Source: Takakia lepidozioides
Taxonomy: Eukaryota; Plantae; Bryophyta
Length of the DNA stretch: 64,000 nt
Assembly (NCBI GenBank): GCA_030704615.1
Contig: CM060731.1
Coordinates: forward strand, 55,490,001-55,554,000
Reading direction: 5' to 3'
Shown: piece after piece, positions 58,841 to 64,000 of the stretch
Layout: every line of letters starts with the position of its first letter
Numbering within the stretch: position 1 is the first letter of the stretch
Notes under the pieces: generated by a model
Seen by the model: only the letters and a program-made list of their open reading frames with translations
The model's database searches: none
Told to the model about the DNA's origin: nothing
Made by a program: the position numbers and the translations under genes

Positions 58841-60352
58841 ACTAGGGTTACACATCCATAGAATCAGTGACAGGTGACTCAGGATAACTTCAGGGAAATG
58901 GCCGGCGGAAGAAATGACGGAAGCCAGTTTAGAAAGGGACACGTGGAAGTCAGGCACAACACACCAGCTGAGAAGGAAGTGCAAGAACAGGTCATCAAAA
59001 GAGACAAGAATGGCCGTCAAAACCTACTTAGCACGCAATTCGGATGAGGCGGGCCCATTAATGAATACGGAAAAAGGGCACAGAACAAAACAAACGCAAG
59101 TACGAAAAGCGAAATTCTTGTCACATGTGTTATCATAGTGGACAGTCCAGCAGGGAAAGTCCACTAAAGAAAATTAAATCTAAAATCCGTCACAGCGGTT
59201 ACAGCCAATCGAAAGCCAGAAAAGGGATCAAGAAATTGGAGGGAATTTAAGCGCAAGAGTCGGCGTCGTATAAGTAACGGACGTCTCGACGGGACAAACC
59301 ATCAATGCTATAGCTTGAAGCTATGGAGGAACTAACAAACTATACGCTCGCAATATTACTTACGCAGTGGCATAGGACAGAAGAACTGAGCGAATCTTTT
59401 CTCTAATCGATGCTTGCAAGCCCCGCAGGCTTACAAGAAATTACCCATAGCTTTTTTGTGGCAACCATACGTTTATGTTTTGTGCCCTACAGGCATTTCT
59501 TCAATTGTTACAAACCAAAAAACCTTTCTGTGGTCTAGAATGAAGAGTGAGAGGAAGGAAGAAATCAGGTGAAAGCACCACAGTCCTGGCAAAAACAAAC
59601 AATTGGTACTCAACTCTACTCCACAGGCGTTAAAGTTATTGAAGAACTTCGATTGGAAGGATTGCAAAGCAAAGATTGGACATTGCACCATAGACAGTAC
59701 ATGTTTCCATTCTTGCAGAACTTTGAGCCTAGGACAAGAGCAAACAACGGTGAAGGGAGTTGAATTACTAAATTCTCCCTATACTCTACAGCAATTATTT
59801 CATTGCCAGCAGGTCAGGTGCATGTGGAGGAGCACAGGGCAAGACTGCAAATAGGGGCTTATTCCAAGAAGGGAGTTTCTTTAAAACTCAGGGTTATGCT
59901 TGTACCAAGGCCGTGTACCCAGGGCTAAGGAGGTAGGCCAGGTATTGAACGTTTCTGTTTGCCATGAAACAGAACCAACAGTATTTGAGCAGATCCTTCA
60001 CAGAGGAAATACTCAAAGCCCTAGAGAGAAGAGGTAGCATGGGCGGACAAATGTACAACGCACTGGTAGAGGAGATGAAAAGATTACAGGGCACTGCCGC
60101 AAAGTTCTCCTATCATAGTGTCTGGCCCAATCATTGCTCAAATAATTTCTTGATTCTGCATACTTGATTCCGAGAAAGAAAGGAGATGGGAGTGTTTGAG
60201 ACTGAAACCACTGCAATGGAAGAGCAAGGCTCTTCACACAGTGAGGGTGGACTGGAGGGGCAACCCCAGGCTAAGAGACAGAGGCGGGGAAAGACTGTAG
60301 TGGCGGATCCACTGGCTTCACGGAAACCGCATGATAATGTTTCCCAAGCTCT

Positions 60353-61975
60353 GTGTTCAGGAAGGGGCACAGCACCACAGAGAACTGCATTATTGTTTTA
60401 TTGAAGCAGGACCTTCAGAGATGGAAGAGGAAGTTACTTCAATATTCACAGCCATCACAGCCAGATGATCGGCTTGTCACAGAGTTACCACAAGTTGTCC
60501 ATGCAGTTCCACCAGAAATAATTGATTTGGAGAAAGAAGGGTTAGATATTCCCACTATAGAACAGGTGGTGGCAGAAATTGAGAAGGGGGACCTTCTCTA
60601 TGAATATTCTGGTCTGGTCAAGGAAACAATGATTCCGAAGGTGCAACGGTTGTCCAGGGGAAACCCTGCGGTGCATATAATACACACACCTGTGACGGAG
60701 GTACCACAGGTAGAATGTCAAGACACTGCAGCACCAGTGACGGATGAAGTGGTTCAGGAAGAAAATCTGGTAGGGCAATGGCCTGAGTGGTTCGTGAGGC
60801 ATCACACTGTTGAGGATCAGGGAGAACAGCAGCAAGCTCACCATGATGACCCTCAACAGGCCATGCTTATGAGTTCCATAAGCATGACACTTAATTTGTT
60901 GGGGACTTATGTCAAATCCCATGTTTCAACTACCCAATTGGCAGCTTTGAGGGAGGAACTCAGGAAGGAGTTTGAGGCTCGACTTGACACTGAGTGTGCA
61001 AACAAGGTCGATGAAGAGGTCACTCTCAAGATGCAGCAAGACTTGGAGAGTACAGAAGCGGCTTTGCAATTAGCCAAGGAACAATTAATTGAGGCTGGCC
61101 TCGCGCAAGACCAGTTGCACGAAGCACATAAGCAACAGCTATACCAAATGCAGGTGAAGCATGAAAGCAAGTTACAAGAAGTGAATGCACTACATACGGA
61201 GTTGCAGATAGTGCATGACAGGATGGCCACACAATTCGCTACACTCACAACTATGCTTGACCAAGCTACAATAGAAATAAACAGTCAAGCGGAAAGATGT
61301 ACGAAGGCAGAGACAGAGAATGTTGAGCAATTGAAACTCATTATCGATATGAAGAATATAATCTGTTGCAATGAGAATACTTTCAAACAATACAGGCAGG
61401 TTGAAGCTAACCAAGAGAGGTACATCCTAGAGTTGCAACAAACGCTCATGGTAAATAGAAATGAACTCTATGTGGCTAACAAGGCTTGGAAGGAAGCCAA
61501 TAATCTGGCTGCTGCTTATGCGAGTTTGGTTGAACCTCATGCAAAGCGCATGGAGGCTTTACAACAGCAGATAGATGTATACAGGCTCACAAAAGAGAAA
61601 ACTTTAAGGGGTGCCACAAGCAACTTGGTGGATAACCACCTTATGCAGGTCTGGTTAACACAAGGGCAGATGGAGGGCAAAGCACCAAGAAAGCTCACCC
61701 AAAGCGAGATGAATGAGCTCAGACTGCGAGTGCAGAACATTGCCACAACTACTATAGACAATGTCTATAGTAGGATAGCGGAGTTACAGGAGGATGTAGA
61801 CGGCCTGCAAACTCAAGTGGAGGACCTTACTTCAAATATCGACAAAAGAGTCTGTATACCTACGGAACAGCTAATGGCTTCTTATTTACAAGCGAAAACT
61901 TTGGCTTTTCAGTCTTCTTCACAGGGGGTGCAGGAGATGCTAATGGTACAAGAGCCAGTGCCACCAACACCATAA
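60353..61975 (+). CDS. Extra 3' ORF, long coiled-coil protein of unknown function (probably part of a larger 59470-63105 coding region)
   Basis: 540-aa open frame rich in E/Q/L/K heptads; flanking sense ORFs at 59603, 59964, 60186, 61985 and 62560. Confidence 0.75.
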   Translation: MFRKGHSTTENCIIVLLKQDLQRWKRKLLQYSQPSQPDDRLVTELPQVVHAVPPEIIDLEKEGLDIPTIEQVVAEIEKGDLLYEYSGLVKETMIPKVQRLSRGNPAVHIIHTPVTEVPQVECQDTAAPVTDEVVQEENLVGQWPEWFVRHHTVEDQGEQQQAHHDDPQQAMLMSSISMTLNLLGTYVKSHVSTTQLAALREELRKEFEARLDTECANKVDEEVTLKMQQDLESTEAALQLAKEQLIEAGLAQDQLHEAHKQQLYQMQVKHESKLQEVNALHTELQIVHDRMATQFATLTTMLDQATIEINSQAERCTKAETENVEQLKLIIDMKNIICCNENTFKQYRQVEANQERYILELQQTLMVNRNELYVANKAWKEANNLAAAYASLVEPHAKRMEALQQQIDVYRLTKEKTLRGATSNLVDNHLMQVWLTQGQMEGKAPRKLTQSEMNELRLRVQNIATTTIDNVYSRIAELQEDVDGLQTQVEDLTSNIDKRVCIPTEQLMASYLQAKTLAFQSSSQGVQEMLMVQEPVPPTP

Positions 61976-64000
61976 CAAGTCACTGTGCCAGTAGCTGACC
62001 CTGTTGTTACTACAGCCACACCACAGCCACCACAACCTGAGGTATGGGGGAATGTTGCTTTTAACCCACCTAAAACTCCAGCTGCAAGGGAGTACAGTTG
62101 GGCTACGATTATGCCCTTCAACCAAATTCCCATTGTGTTGGATTTGGCTTGGAAAGAATTTAGTCCTCCGCAGTCATTGGCACATTACTATCAAATCATG
62201 CGCATTTGGCTGCCAGTGGCCACCAGGACTAAAGTTCTTCCGAACAATCGACCAATTGAGGATCATCACTTTGCGCAGTACAAGCATGAGGCAAGTACCA
62301 TGTTGAAGGAATTAATTGCCTTCCAAGTTGTGCATGGATTCATTTATACCAAGACCAAAGAGATAGCAAGTATTGTCATGGGCTGCGGGTTATACTACGC
62401 TGCTTGTTTTCTGGTACGTTATCACATTGAGCAACAGAAGATGCAAACGCGCTTTCTGAATTATTCCAGTGGGGATCATTGGGTCTCACCTTCAGTGCCA
62501 CCTCATATGTACCTATATGAGGCAAAAGTTATGATGCAAAAGGATTCTCAGATTCGTTCATGGTTCATGCGGCCTGGAACAATTTGTCAACACATAAATT
62601 CGGGCCTGACGATATTTTCTTTAAGGGACATGAGGCATGGAAATATTTGCACAATTCACAAGTCATTGGTACACGACTCACATGGACAGACAAGGAGCTC
62701 AGGGTCTTCACCAATTTTGCAATTCAGCGCTTACAACAAGTTTTACAGTTTAAACTTCCAGACATGGTGGGACAACATTGTATGCCCCAGAGAATTCCAG
62801 TTAAAGTTCGACAGTTAAAACACCTCAGGGGGGACAAGGATTCTGATACAACTATTTCTTCAGCGGACTCTTTTGACATGGCAGAGGACTATGCAATTCA
62901 GATGGCAGAGAAGAAGCGAAGGGGGTCTCCTATGCCTGAAAGATTACCTCGATATCAGCCTCCAGAGGGACTGACATATCCAGGTAGTGTTCAATCATCT
63001 CCCTCAACCAGTGACAGAACACGGGCTCGCACACGGAGTCCTTCACGAGACTCTCAACGTCACAAGGGTGCTTGCTCACAAAGGTTTACAAATCCCAAAC
63101 AGTAAACCGTGAGGACACGGCTTTTTGAGAGGGGAAGGGGTAATGTTAGAGGACTGCTTGGGACTTAGACGCTCTTACGGGATCTGTGGGGTACCCTTAA
63201 TTTTTCCACAGACTAAGACCAACAGGAGCCTTAGAGGTGACAGCAACAGGCTTTAGGGGGGGAGATACACAGCCCAACACAGTCCATCACAGCCCGTCAC
63301 AGCCGTCACAGTCCAACACAGCCAGTCATAGCCCAACACAGTCGCACAGCCAGTCACAGCCCGTCACAGTTTTACACAGCCGGTCACAGCTTGACACAGC
63401 TGTCACGACCATAGGGAACGGATAGCAGGACAGAGAACGACTGTGGGGAACAACATCTACGAATGGAACATGTTAGTTCACGGATGACGGTTAGTGAGGG
63501 AAACGGTTAGAACAACGGGTAGGAAGATAAAGCCAGGAGCCAGGACTGGAAAATGATCAATTTATGGGGGAGCACTTCTTGGGGGGGACTTCGGACATTA
63601 CTGGGGGAAATGAGGCAGAGAGCGCATCTCTGAGCAGAAAGAGGGAGAGCACGGAGTAGGAGGAGGACGATCTGTTGATGCTTGATGAATGCAAGTAGTA
63701 GAGTTGTAATGTAGAGCAAATTAGAGACTCCATGGCTTCAGCCTGATACTTGATAGATATTAATCTGATACATACTTCATACTCACACTGTGTAGAGAGA
63801 TCTGAGTGAAGCTGTGGAATGAATGGATGAGTTGATGGAATCCGATAGATTGCTGAAGCAAAGTGATACTTAATTACCAACAGTAAGGTAACTAGCTAAC
63901 ATGAATGCGGGAATGAAAACAAATAGGAAACACCCCCATGATACCCTAGCTGTAGGTCATGACTGATTGTTCTGAGCGGGCTGAGTGCTTAGAGATTTCC

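Larger units (their letters stand above)
50975..64000 (+). mobile_element. Large non-chromovirus Ty3/Gypsy retrotransposon (Phygy/Athila/Tat-like); 5' LTR 50975-51878, 3' LTR from 63144 past the window end
   Basis: TGTTAGAGGACTGC start repeated at 63144; LTR ends GCGACA; PBS; PPT gagaggggaagggg at 63127-63140. Confidence 0.95.

Overview
Eukaryotic, transposon-saturated window, most likely from a non-seed land plant such as a bryophyte (inferred from spliceosomal introns, TTTAGGG telomere-type repeats, plant-type Ty3/Gypsy elements and Crinkler-like genes). No ordinary host gene is recognisable, and there is a 500-N gap at 3417-3916. The dominant feature is a family of large Mutator-like DNA transposons, present as three diverged members (Z, A, B) plus a fragment of a second B copy (B'). 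A and B each carry a GCM-like/DDE transposase (SWIM finger retained only in B) head-to-head with an intron-containing gene fusing a ParB/Srx-like domain to a beta-class N4C/N6A DNA methyltransferase fold; Z shows only the ParB N-terminus. Each member has its own palindromic motif (arms plus a 2-4 nt centre), repeated in arrays and/or introns at spacings mostly close to multiples of ~10.5 bp. Nested in or beside these are three insertions of one chromovirus family (truncated, solo LTR, full length), a ~7.4 kb element with ~495-bp TIRs carrying a Crinkler-type NTPase+REase gene, a separate Crinkler-type REase+kinase gene, a tRNA-derived SINE, LINE fragments, a 280-bp near-perfect inverted repeat, and a ~13 kb non-chromovirus Ty3/Gypsy element with extra ORFs. 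Many frameshifts may be assembly indel errors. All homology calls come from motif recognition by eye, not database searches.
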